A stretch of 64,000 nucleotides of DNA. Origin: Dehalococcoidia bacterium (GTDB lineage Bacteria > Chloroflexota > Dehalococcoidia > Lucifugimonadales > UBA3495). The notes below the pieces were generated by a model, which was given only the letters and a program-made list of their open reading frames with translations, ran no database searches and was not told the origin of the DNA. The stretch spans positions 31,057 through 95,056 of the forward strand of contig JAJDTP010000012.1 of the NCBI GenBank assembly GCA_022827095.1, in the 5' to 3' direction. Below, piece after piece: positions 1 to 8,255 of this stretch. Position 1 is the stretch's first letter. Every line of letters starts with the position of its first letter. A program made the position numbers and the translations under genes.

Positions 1-535
1 CGGCAAGGCCACGCCGCTGTGCAACAGTAAGGGCGAACCCGTGTATCGCGAAACCAATCGCGGCGGCATGGGCGTCAAGACCTTCGCGGTGGACCAGGGT
101 GACAAACCCACCGGTCCGGTGGTCGATGCCAAGATCGTGTCCTCCGCCGAAATGAACGACGAGGAGGGGCACGAGGTCTTCATCATCTCTGCACGCGGAC
201 AGGTGGTGCGCATCGATCTGGCTGAGATCAAGGTGGTGAACACTCGGCAGACCAAGGGAGTCATCGTCTGGCGCGAGCGCGGCGGCGACGACAGCGTCGT
301 ATCCATCTACTGCTTCCGCGCTACAGACTACAGTCAGGACGACCCGGCTCTGCAGGACGGCGCAGCGGGCACGGCCCTGGCACAGGCCGAAGAGGTCGCG
401 GCCCAGGCGGATAGCCAATACGAGGGCGCCGAGGATGAGGACATCGGTGATGATATGCCGGATGACGACGTTGATGCCGAAGATGACGATGATGATCCGG
501 ATCTCCACATGAACGGGCAGGCCCCGCTGCTGTAA
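1..535 (+). CDS. gyrA: DNA gyrase subunit A, C-terminal fragment (5' end lies outside the window)
   Basis: The reading frame is open from the left edge (frame 2). It contains the RGGMGVKTF / GQVVRI blade-type motifs of the GyrA C-terminal beta-pinwheel, followed by a long Asp/Glu-rich tail. Confidence 0.8.
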   Translation, partial: GKATPLCNSKGEPVYRETNRGGMGVKTFAVDQGDKPTGPVVDAKIVSSAEMNDEEGHEVFIISARGQVVRIDLAEIKVVNTRQTKGVIVWRERGGDDSVVSIYCFRATDYSQDDPALQDGAAGTALAQAEEVAAQADSQYEGAEDEDIGDDMPDDDVDAEDDDDDPDLHMNGQAPLL

Positions 536-537
536 GG

Positions 538-1236
538 ATGGCTGCAATGCAACTGGTGATGGTTCACGGCTCCGGCCAGAATGAACTGACGTATCACTAC
601 CAGACCGCTCGGTTCGACAACGCGGACGCCGTGAATCTGCCCGGACACCCGGACGGGGAGCCACGGGAAAGCATCGGAGGGTACGTTGACTGGCTGCGGG
701 ATTACGCGCGGGGCAAGGGATACCCGCCCTTTGTCCTGTTCGGGCACTCCATGGGCGGGGCCATCGCGCTGGACTACGCGCTGCGGTTCCCCGAGGACCT
801 GGCCGGGCTGGTCCTGATCGGGACCGGCGCAAGGCTGCGGGTGCATCCTGACTATCTGAACCGCTGCCTGGACGACGCCCAGTGGCGATCCGAGGCTCAG
901 GCGTATTACGAGGCGATCAACAAGGATCTGGCGCCCCAACTGGCCTCTCGCGCACTGCAATCCGGCCCGATGGTCGAACACAACGACCTGTCGGCCTGCG
1001 ACCGGTTCGACGTGATGGAGCGTGTCAAGGAGATCGCCCTGCCGTCCCTGGTGATTGTGGGCGCGGATGACATAATGACACCGGTCCGTTACGCGGAATA
1101 CTTGGGACGGGAGTTGCAGGACGCCGAGGTCGTGGTGGTGCCCAACTCGGGGCATTTCGTGACATTGGAACAACCGGAGGCGGTCAACGATGCCGTCGCT
1201 CTGTTCCTCAACCGGCTGAGCGAAGGCGCGGGGTAG
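538..1236 (+). CDS. alpha/beta-fold hydrolase
   Basis: It has a VHGSG oxyanion region, a GHSMGG nucleophile elbow and a late NSGHF His motif. The start is 2 nt after the gyrA stop. Confidence 0.8.
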   Translation: MAAMQLVMVHGSGQNELTYHYQTARFDNADAVNLPGHPDGEPRESIGGYVDWLRDYARGKGYPPFVLFGHSMGGAIALDYALRFPEDLAGLVLIGTGARLRVHPDYLNRCLDDAQWRSEAQAYYEAINKDLAPQLASRALQSGPMVEHNDLSACDRFDVMERVKEIALPSLVIVGADDIMTPVRYAEYLGRELQDAEVVVVPNSGHFVTLEQPEAVNDAVALFLNRLSEGAG

Positions 1237-1261
1237 ACGAGGACACCACGCGGCCGTCGTC

Positions 1262-1284
1262 GCCCGGCCACTGGCCGGGCTTTT
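1262..1284 (+). terminator. intrinsic terminator after the hydrolase gene
   Basis: The stem is GCCCGGCC-ACT-GGCCGGGC, followed by TTTT. Confidence 0.7.
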
Positions 1285-1337
1285 GCGTTCCGGGGGTTTG
1301 GCCAATCGGCGTTGCTGGTATTATTAGGCCATCCGCA

Positions 1338-3572
1338 GTGGTTTCCCCTGCCGTGACAATGGCCTCTCCGCAAACCTACATCCCTGATGGGCACCGACTG
1401 GCTGCATCCCTGCCGGCAATATACGCTGGTCACCCTGACGCGCAGGGGCTACCGGCAGCCCGTCGTATTGCGACCACCGCCGCCGAGTTGATCGGTTCAT
1501 GTGACCTGGCGGTGGATCCGACAGTGGTGAACACCGCCGCACTGTTCCATCTGTCTGGTCGTCCGCAGGACGGGAACCGGGGAGAGGCGTCGGCTGCGCT
1601 GGCCTCGGCGTGGTTGCGAGGATCGGGTGGGCCTGAGCTCTACATTGCGTCGGTAGCCAGGGCTATCCCGGGAGCGTTGTCGCAAGCTCCGGCACTTGAT
1701 CCCGATTTTCGGCAAGAGGACAACGGCAAGCTGCTGCGGGACGCCGCGCTGCTGGACCTGGTGAGTATTGAAAGGCATTCTGACTACCTGCGAGACGTGC
1801 CGCCGCCCGGACGCCTTCGGGAGCCATACCTGGCGGAATATCGTCGTGAGTGCTTGACGCCGGCGTTGCAGTTGCGCGGCATGTTGACGCTGCCGGCGTC
1901 GTTGGAAATGTACGGTGAGCGCCTACCCCGGCTGTCCGCCTGGCTGGACGAGCAGCCGCCCGGCCTGGTTCCGCCGGACTGGCGACGGCTGGCGGAGGTT
2001 GCGGAGATCGAGAGCGGGGTGGGCAGGTTGCTGGCCGGCGAAGACCCGGCGGCGGTTCGGGCCGACATGCCCGCCGGGGGGCTGCCCTACGCGGAGTACC
2101 GGGGACGACAGCGCGCTATCATTTCCGGCAGCCACGACCGGATCCTGGAACTTACCCATGCCCGCATCGAGGCGTCGCGCAACGTGGCGGCCGAGAAGTA
2201 CCTGGAGAGCGACACCATCCACAAGCCCGCGGTGGAAGAAAACCTGTTCGTCGGGGCGCGGCGTCGAGCGCGTCAACTGGGCTTGTCCGCGGAGACGGCG
2301 GAGGACATCGCCAGGCTGCTGCTGTCCAACGCCCGGGAGGTGCAGGAACGTACCCTCAACGACATCGCCCAGCGGTTGAGCCGGTTGCACGGGCAGATAC
2401 TGGACGCCGACTCGCCGGAAACGCGCACCGATGAGGCGGATATCGCGATCCCATCGCTGGTGGTGCGCACCGGAGACCAGCCACTGGCTCGCGAGAACGA
2501 ACTGATCAAGGAGTTGCGGGTCACCGGGTTGAACGAGGCGTACCCCGAGCAACGGCGCCGGTTCACCGAGTGGTTCGACGATCCGCACCCCTACCTGCAG
2601 ACCGGCATGACCGTGGGCAGCCGCGACGCGGATCTGTTCATGCAGGCCCTGACCGACGGAGAGCGATGCAAGGTGCTGGGAACGGTGGCTGTCGACGGTC
2701 CGATGCACCTGGGTCACGGAGCCCTCACCAGCGTTCTGGCGCATTTCCAGGGGATGGGCGCGGAAATAACCATCGGTTTTCGGGACGAACTGGGCGACCT
2801 GGACCAGGCGCTGCGGATCATGCGGGAGGACCTGCTGCTCATGGGGGCGGCAGGATTGGATGTGGATCAGGTCAACTCGTACCTGCAACAGACTAACCCG
2901 TCCATCATCAGCACCGCCTTCCAGTTGGGCGAAGCGATCCCGCTGAGCATGCTGAATTCGGCGCTGGGCTTGCGCCTGAAGGACAGCGCGACGGACACGT
3001 TCCGACCGTTGCTCCGGCTGGCGGATATCCTGCACGCGCAGCAGCCGGAGGCCGGCGGACCGTGCCGGACGCTGGTGTTGGACAACATTGGCGGCGACGT
3101 GTACGTGCGCATGGCCCGCAACGTAGCGGAGCGATTTGGCTTTGTGAAGCCGTCCGCGTTGTACCTGCGCCCGGTGCGAAACCTGACCACCTACAGCGAT
3201 CCGCAAACCGGCGGATCGGTGGAGGTGATGACCAACCGAGTGCCGCCGGGTCGCATCGCCTACGACGACGATCCGGCCGATATCCGGCGACGCATCGGCC
3301 GGGCGTACACCGGCGGGCGCGGGACACTGGAGGAGCAGAGGGAAAAGGGCGGCAACCCGGACCCACGTGTATGCTCTGTGTCCAGCTTGCACGCCTTCTT
3401 CGCCACGCCGGACCCGGAGGAGTACGCGCAATTGCAGTCTCGCTGCCGCTCGGGTGAGCTGCTGTGCGGCGAGTGCAAGGCATCGGCCGCGGACGGGCTG
3501 CTAGAATATATGAGAAAGATGCGTCAGACTAGATCCTTGGCTGATGAGACCGTGGGAGGGAAGGAAATATGA
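1338..3572 (+). CDS. multidomain TrpRS-like paralog (unknown N-terminal region + chorismate-mutase-like segment + class Ic synthetase-like core)
   Basis: The ORF is 744 aa. It has a HIGH-type motif (DGPMHLGHG) and the post-KMSKS block IAYDDDPADIRRRIGRAYTG. The KMSKS position reads VMTNR. The C-terminal motif is C-x23-C-x6-C-x2-C (RVCSV..SRCRSGELLCGECK). The start is uncertain (GTG 1338, GTG 1353 or ATG 1359). Confidence 0.7.
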   Translation: MVSPAVTMASPQTYIPDGHRLAASLPAIYAGHPDAQGLPAARRIATTAAELIGSCDLAVDPTVVNTAALFHLSGRPQDGNRGEASAALASAWLRGSGGPELYIASVARAIPGALSQAPALDPDFRQEDNGKLLRDAALLDLVSIERHSDYLRDVPPPGRLREPYLAEYRRECLTPALQLRGMLTLPASLEMYGERLPRLSAWLDEQPPGLVPPDWRRLAEVAEIESGVGRLLAGEDPAAVRADMPAGGLPYAEYRGRQRAIISGSHDRILELTHARIEASRNVAAEKYLESDTIHKPAVEENLFVGARRRARQLGLSAETAEDIARLLLSNAREVQERTLNDIAQRLSRLHGQILDADSPETRTDEADIAIPSLVVRTGDQPLARENELIKELRVTGLNEAYPEQRRRFTEWFDDPHPYLQTGMTVGSRDADLFMQALTDGERCKVLGTVAVDGPMHLGHGALTSVLAHFQGMGAEITIGFRDELGDLDQALRIMREDLLLMGAAGLDVDQVNSYLQQTNPSIISTAFQLGEAIPLSMLNSALGLRLKDSATDTFRPLLRLADILHAQQPEAGGPCRTLVLDNIGGDVYVRMARNVAERFGFVKPSALYLRPVRNLTTYSDPQTGGSVEVMTNRVPPGRIAYDDDPADIRRRIGRAYTGGRGTLEEQREKGGNPDPRVCSVSSLHAFFATPDPEEYAQLQSRCRSGELLCGECKASAADGLLEYMRKMRQTRSLADETVGGKEI

Positions 3573-3733
3573 AGGAATTTTTCCTCCAGCACATTTGCAC
3601 CACACCGCCATACACGCTGGCCACCTGTGAAGAGCAGTATAGGTGGCTGGCGACTATAGGGATCGCAACTTTGGTTCTGCTGGGCATCGCCGCACTAGCT
3701 TACCTCTGGGAGTTTCGTTTCCAGGAGAGATGA
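3569..3733 (+). CDS. 54-aa predicted single-pass membrane microprotein (not in the supplied ORF track, below its length cutoff)
   Basis: Its ATG overlaps the upstream TGA (ATATGA), and a GGGAGGGAAGGA SD lies 4-15 nt upstream. The translation read by hand is MKEFFLQHICTTPPYTLATCEEQYRWLATIGIATLVLLGIAALAYLWEFRFQER, with one hydrophobic helix. Confidence 0.45.
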   Translation: MKEFFLQHICTTPPYTLATCEEQYRWLATIGIATLVLLGIAALAYLWEFRFQER

Positions 3734-3735
3734 GC

Positions 3736-3930
3736 ATGGCGATAGAGCCGGTGTACATTATTTTTGTTGTCGCTATCGGTTTCGCCGGAGCATTCTTCCA
3801 CGAGTTAGTTGAACGCGCTTCGCGCCGGGATCCTATCCCGTTCCTGCGGCGCACCGTGTACCGCACCTTTTCCTGGGCTTGCTTGGGATTGGGAGCGATA
3901 TTGCTCTCGTCTGCTCTGAACCTGCCTTGA
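3736..3930 (+). CDS. 64-aa predicted two-helix membrane microprotein
   Basis: The ATG lies 2 nt after the previous stop, with an AGGAGAG SD 6 nt upstream. The sequence MAIEPVYIIFVVAIGFAGAFF...WACLGLGAILLSSAL has two hydrophobic segments. Confidence 0.45.
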   Translation: MAIEPVYIIFVVAIGFAGAFFHELVERASRRDPIPFLRRTVYRTFSWACLGLGAILLSSALNLP

Positions 3931-3978
3931 TGCCAAGGCCAGGCTGACGGCTATATCCACCGAATGGAGACAAGAAAG

Positions 3979-4995
3979 ATGGCAGACCAGCAACGTATCC
4001 TCACCGGGATGCGCCCCACCGGGCAGTTGCACCTGGGGCACTATTTGGGGGCCCTGGAAAACTGGATACAGATGCAGCACGAGTACGAGTGCTTCTTCCT
4101 CATCGCGGACTACCAGGCGATGGGAGACCACCTGGACGACATCGGGTTGATACAACGCTCGGTGATCGAGGTTACAACCGATTGGCTGGCGGTGGGCCTG
4201 GACCCCGAGAAGTCGGCCTTCGTGATCCAGAGCTACGTGCCGGAACACGCCGAGCTGACCATGTTCTTCTCCATGCTCATGCCGCTCAACCAGCACCAGC
4301 GGAATCCGACGCTGCGGGCGGAAACAGCGCAACTCGAAGCGGAAAACCAGTCCATCACCCTGGGGTTCTTCAACTACCCCATCAGCCAGGCGGCCGACAT
4401 CTTGCTGCCCAAGGCCCACCTGGTTCCGGTGGGCGAGGACCAGGTGGCCCACATCGAATACACGCGGGACGTGGCTAGACGCTTCAACCGGTTGTACGGA
4501 GAGGTCTTCCCGGTGCCGCGCGCCAGGGTGGGACGTGTGCCCCGTCTGGTGGGCACCGATGGCCAGGCTAAGATGAGCAAGAGCCTGAACAACGCCATTT
4601 ACCTTGCCGACGGGCCGGATGCGGTCGAGGACCGGGTGCGCCGCATGGTCACTGATATCACTGGGCAGAACCCGCGGTTGCGGGCCACTGACCCGGGCGT
4701 GGTGGAATACAACCCGGCCTTTCTGTACCACGACGCATTCAATGACAACACCGATGAGGTAGCCGAGCTCAAAGAACGGTACACCGCGGGCACGGTGAGT
4801 GACCGTGAAGTGAAGGAACGACTCACCACCGCGATCAACCGGTTCCTGGGACCTATCCGAGATAAGCGTTCGTGGTACGAGGAGCATCCAGACTACGTCC
4901 GCGACGTGCTGCAGGCCGGCACGGAACGGGAACGCTCCATCGCGCAGCAGACCATCGAGGACGTTCGGCAGGCGATGCAGGTGGTGTACACCTGA
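3979..4995 (+). CDS. trpS: tryptophan--tRNA ligase
   Basis: It has GMRPTGQLHLGHYLG (HIGH) and KMSKSLNNAIYL (KMSKS). The length of about 338 aa fits. A GGAGA SD lies 8 nt before ATG 3979; an alternative ATG is at 3964. Confidence 0.9.
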   Translation: MADQQRILTGMRPTGQLHLGHYLGALENWIQMQHEYECFFLIADYQAMGDHLDDIGLIQRSVIEVTTDWLAVGLDPEKSAFVIQSYVPEHAELTMFFSMLMPLNQHQRNPTLRAETAQLEAENQSITLGFFNYPISQAADILLPKAHLVPVGEDQVAHIEYTRDVARRFNRLYGEVFPVPRARVGRVPRLVGTDGQAKMSKSLNNAIYLADGPDAVEDRVRRMVTDITGQNPRLRATDPGVVEYNPAFLYHDAFNDNTDEVAELKERYTAGTVSDREVKERLTTAINRFLGPIRDKRSWYEEHPDYVRDVLQAGTERERSIAQQTIEDVRQAMQVVYT

Positions 4996-5044
4996 GCAAA
5001 CTTTGCGAGGCGGCGTACACTGTCGCCGCCCATCCGATCCGAAA

Positions 5045-5073
5045 GGGGGCGACCGCAGGGTTGCCCCTCTTTT
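5045..5073 (+). terminator. intrinsic terminator after trpS
   Basis: The stem is GGGGGCGACC-GCAG-GGTTGCCCCT (with G-U pairs), followed by CTTTT. Confidence 0.65.
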
Positions 5074-5154
5074 CGCCGCCGTGTTAGCGTAGCCCGACTG
5101 CGCCAAGGGACTCTGCGCAGCGTTTTCTTACTCATTGCCAACCGGAGGGACGAG

Positions 5155-6384
5155 ATGGCAGGCAATCCACGAGACAAATATTGCATCGTCGGGGTGGGCG
5201 AAACCGAATACAGCCGGGCTTCGGGCCGGACCACCCGGGCCCTGGGCGCCGAGGCGATCCGCAACGCTATGAACGACGCCGGCCTGACGCCGGACCAGGT
5301 AGACGGGATGCTAAGCTACCATGGAGGCGATTCCACGCCGTCGACGTCGATACAGTACGACCTTGGCATCCGACCGAATTTCTACATGGACTGCTCAGGC
5401 GGGGGATCATCAACCGAGGCGCTGGTTGGGCTGGCCATCGGCGCCATCGAAGCCGGGATGTGCGACGTGGTGGCGATATTCCGGTCGATGAACGGCTACT
5501 CCAACGTGCGCATCGGCGGCACCGGAGCCAGGGCGTCGGCGCCCATCGGCGGGCTGGACCTGATGAAGCGGCCCTACGGGTTGATAAGCGCGGTGCAGCA
5601 GTTTGCCTACACCTTCACCCGTCACATGGCCGAGTATGGAGTCAAGAGCGAGGACCTGGCGGCCATCAAGGTGGCTCACTCCATTCACGCCTCAAATAAC
5701 CCCAAAGCGCTGATGAAGCACCGAGTGACCGTCGATGACGTGGTCAACTCCCGGTGGATCATCCGGCCGGTGGCGCACCTGCTGGACTGCTGCCTGGAAA
5801 CCGACAACGCTACATGCGTCATCGTGACTTCGGCGGAGCGAGCCAGGGACCTGAAGCACAAGCCCATCTACATCAAGGGCGTGCAGGGTCGCGGCACCAA
5901 GCCCGGCGGCGATTTCCACTACCAGCACGGGCCGATATCCCGGGTGGCCGGCCACTACATCGCCCCGCGCATCTTTGATCTGGCCGGCGTCAAGCACGAG
6001 GACGTGGACATCACCGGCTGCTACGACGCCTTCACCTACACCGTGCTCTTGCAGTTTGAGGACTATGGATGGTGCGAGAAGGGTGAGGGCAAGGACTACG
6101 TAACCAGCGGCATCATCAACCTGGGCGGCAGGAGGCCCAACAACCTGAGCGGGGGGCACCTCTGCGAGGGGTACACGCATGGGATGAACATGGTGATCGA
6201 GAACGTGCGACAGCTACGAGGCACTGTCGACGACTACTGCCCGGGCGCTTTGGAAGGCGACCACACCTACGACTACGCCGAAGGCGGCTGCCGCCAGGTG
6301 AGGGATGCCAAGATCAGCATGAACATGGGATGGGGTACGCCGGCCGTTGGCAGCTCCCTAATCATGGGCAACGTGCTCAGCTAG
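5155..6384 (+). CDS. thiolase-fold protein (SCP-x / lipid-transfer type acetyl-CoA acetyltransferase-like)
   Basis: The thiolase-like pattern includes VGVGETEYSR and a C-terminal GGHLCEGYTHGMN. There is a GGAGGGA SD. It is followed by a DUF35 partner gene, the usual pairing. Confidence 0.8.
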   Translation: MAGNPRDKYCIVGVGETEYSRASGRTTRALGAEAIRNAMNDAGLTPDQVDGMLSYHGGDSTPSTSIQYDLGIRPNFYMDCSGGGSSTEALVGLAIGAIEAGMCDVVAIFRSMNGYSNVRIGGTGARASAPIGGLDLMKRPYGLISAVQQFAYTFTRHMAEYGVKSEDLAAIKVAHSIHASNNPKALMKHRVTVDDVVNSRWIIRPVAHLLDCCLETDNATCVIVTSAERARDLKHKPIYIKGVQGRGTKPGGDFHYQHGPISRVAGHYIAPRIFDLAGVKHEDVDITGCYDAFTYTVLLQFEDYGWCEKGEGKDYVTSGIINLGGRRPNNLSGGHLCEGYTHGMNMVIENVRQLRGTVDDYCPGALEGDHTYDYAEGGCRQVRDAKISMNMGWGTPAVGSSLIMGNVLS

Positions 6385-6406
6385 ACGCCGAACAGGGAGG
6401 AAGACA

Positions 6407-6919
6407 ATGCCTAATTACACCTACCGGGGCATTACGCTGAGCATCCCCGAGAATGATTCCGAGTACAAAGGCTATTTTGAGGCCGCGGCCGAGGGTCGCC
6501 TGGTGGTCAAGAAGTGCTCAGACTGCGGGCTGCTGCGCGGCGAGCCGGGGCCTGGGTGCCCCTGGTGCATGTCGCTTAACTGGGAGTGGCAGCAGGTTTC
6601 CGGAAAGGGCACGATCTACTCATACCAGGTCGTGGCGCACACCGTGATACCGAGCTTTCGCGACCTGACGCCCTTCGCCATCGTGCTGGTGGAACTGGAC
6701 GAGCAGCGCGGGCAACCCACGGAGTTCGACGGCCTGCGCATCACGGGCAACCTGGTGGATGACGACTTCAACATGGAAAAGGAGGAGAACGTGGGCATCG
6801 GCAAACGCGTGGAGGCCGTGTTCCAGCCGGTTGAAGACGGGTTCATGCTGCCGCAGTGGCGTCTTATCGACGAACCGGACCAGGGATTTACCTGGTCACA
6901 TCAGGTGCCTGAGGGCTGA
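6407..6919 (+). CDS. Zn-ribbon/OB-fold protein (DUF35 family), thiolase partner
   Basis: It has a CSDCG...CPWC rubredoxin-like zinc ribbon followed by an OB-fold-like region (GKGTIYSYQVV). There is a GGGAGGAAG SD. Confidence 0.8.
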   Translation: MPNYTYRGITLSIPENDSEYKGYFEAAAEGRLVVKKCSDCGLLRGEPGPGCPWCMSLNWEWQQVSGKGTIYSYQVVAHTVIPSFRDLTPFAIVLVELDEQRGQPTEFDGLRITGNLVDDDFNMEKEENVGIGKRVEAVFQPVEDGFMLPQWRLIDEPDQGFTWSHQVPEG

Positions 6920-6943
6920 TCGTGTGGTTTAACCGCTGATGAT

Positions 6944-6971
6944 GTAGGGGCGAATGATTATTCGCCCCTAC
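6944..6971. repeat. GC-rich palindromic repeat, copy 1 (REP-like / bidirectional terminator hairpin)
   Basis: The sequence is GTAGGGGCGAAT-GATT-ATTCGCCCCTAC, located between convergent genes. Near-identical copies are at 45989, 47546 and 49332. Confidence 0.85.
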
Positions 6972-7008
6972 TCTTTGGCGCCGGTTGGCGTCCGTGCTGT
7001 TTCGGCGG

Positions 7009-7707
7009 TCACGGGCCAACCCACGGAGCGTTCAGGGAGGCGCTCGCGGGTTCGAACATCCACACTTCCGTCTGCTTCGGCAGATTCCCGGGGTTGAATT
7101 CGAACCGGTCTGACTCGAGGCGGCGCACCGCGCGTTGGCGGTGAAGCCAGCCCTCTGGGGGCAACAGCTCGCATTCCCCGGAGTGCAAACCCGGGATGGT
7201 GTAGTGCATGGGAATGATCACGCGAGGCTCTAGGCGCTGGACCAACGCGTCCACCTGGTCGTAGCTGAGCAGGTGGTTGGAGTCGTCCACAGTGACGATC
7301 AGGACGTCTATATCTCCCACCGCCCGGGCAACCTCGTCCGGCCATTCCGCGCGGTTGTCGCCAATGTGCAGGAACCTGACGCCGCCCGCGTCCAGCCGAA
7401 ACATTACGTTGGGAAAGTCGCGGAGGCGCGCCGCGCCGGAGTGGAAATCGCCAACTCCGCGAATATGCAGATCGCCGGTGGCAAACTCGCCGGGCATTCG
7501 CAGGATCGACGCGGCCTCTGGTAACCGCTCGACTGCGTCGTGGTCGAAGTGCGCGTGGGTAATCAGCCCCAGGTCGCAGCGGACTTCCGGGAACAGTCGG
7601 GTGAACCAATAGCGATCAGCCTGGTTGCGGTAAGGGTCGGCGACGGCAGTGACGCCACCAGGCGTCTCCCAGCGGAAGGCACAGTGGCCGAAGTAGGTCA
7701 GCCGCAT
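7009..7707 (-). CDS. MBL-fold metallo-hydrolase
   Basis: It begins MRLTYFGHCAF and carries the THAHFDHD metal motif. The start is placed at the internal ATG 7707, because the upstream part of the ORF overlaps the next gene and is low-complexity. Confidence 0.8.
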   Translation of the reverse strand: MRLTYFGHCAFRWETPGGVTAVADPYRNQADRYWFTRLFPEVRCDLGLITHAHFDHDAVERLPEAASILRMPGEFATGDLHIRGVGDFHSGAARLRDFPNVMFRLDAGGVRFLHIGDNRAEWPDEVARAVGDIDVLIVTVDDSNHLLSYDQVDALVQRLEPRVIIPMHYTIPGLHSGECELLPPEGWLHRQRAVRRLESDRFEFNPGNLPKQTEVWMFEPASASLNAPWVGP

Positions 7708-7738
7708 CTGACCGCGCTCAACCCGATGTGGGTGCCGG

Positions 7739-8155
7739 TCATCCGGCCGCGCTCCACATCTCGTAGCCGATCTCCTTGCTGATGAGGCCATCGCGCATCT
7801 CGAAGATGTGGACGAGACGCATTTCCACCTGAGTGCCCGGCGACAGGGGCAGGTAGCCCTCACCGGTCAATCGGAAGCGTACCACGCTGTCATCCACCAC
7901 TCGGTCCTCGGTGGCAAAGCGCTGCAGGGTCTCGAACTCGACGTCCTCCATTTTGGCGAACATCGTCGTGTAGTTGTCGGCCACGGCGCGCTTGCCCTCG
8001 AAACGCAGGCCGCGGGCGGGGGCTTCCCAAACCACGTCGTCGGTGTACAGATCGAGGGCGGCTTCGACTTCGTTCAGGGATTCGGAGTGGAAGTGGGCTT
8101 CGACGGCGGCCAGGTTGGCGGCAACGATGTCAGGGTTCTCATTGGTCGAGGACAT
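7739..8155 (-). CDS. SnoaL/NTF2-like (ketosteroid-isomerase-fold) protein
   Basis: The size and pattern are typical of SnoaL-like domains (AANLAAVEAHF...LDLYTDDVVWE...HIFEMRDGLI). A GAGAGGAGAA SD precedes ATG 8155. Confidence 0.65.
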   Translation of the reverse strand: MSSTNENPDIVAANLAAVEAHFHSESLNEVEAALDLYTDDVVWEAPARGLRFEGKRAVADNYTTMFAKMEDVEFETLQRFATEDRVVDDSVVRFRLTGEGYLPLSPGTQVEMRLVHIFEMRDGLISKEIGYEMWSAAG

Positions 8156-8255
8156 GGCGGCTTCTCCTCTCGTCGGTTTCTTGACACCCCAAAGGGGCGC
8201 CGATAGCATCCGGGCAAGCGGCCCCGGGACGCGGGTTGCTCAGGAGGGAATATCC

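Noticed and set aside
334-1305. 323-aa ORF on the minus strand, antisense to gyrA and the hydrolase gene
   Set aside because: It is a mirror-frame ORF typical of high-G+C DNA. The translation is low-complexity (Arg/Pro/Gly/Ser rich), and it fully overlaps genes with recognisable motifs on the other strand.
1923-3431. 502-aa antisense ORF inside the TrpRS-like gene, plus several nested ORFs
   Set aside because: The same high-G+C shadow-ORF effect applies. There are no motifs and no SD, and the sense strand carries clear synthetase motifs.
5098-5126. Second hairpin (CTGCGC...GCGCAG followed by CGTTTTCTT) just upstream of the thiolase gene, as a possible attenuator
   Set aside because: The stem is short (6 bp) with an 11-nt loop, and it lies immediately after the stronger trpS terminator. 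The evidence is insufficient for a separate regulatory call.
7708-7863. Upstream extension of the MBL-fold ORF
   Set aside because: It overlaps the 3' end of the SnoaL-like gene and is Cys/Arg-rich. The conserved MBL N-terminus begins at MRLTYFGH (ATG 7707).
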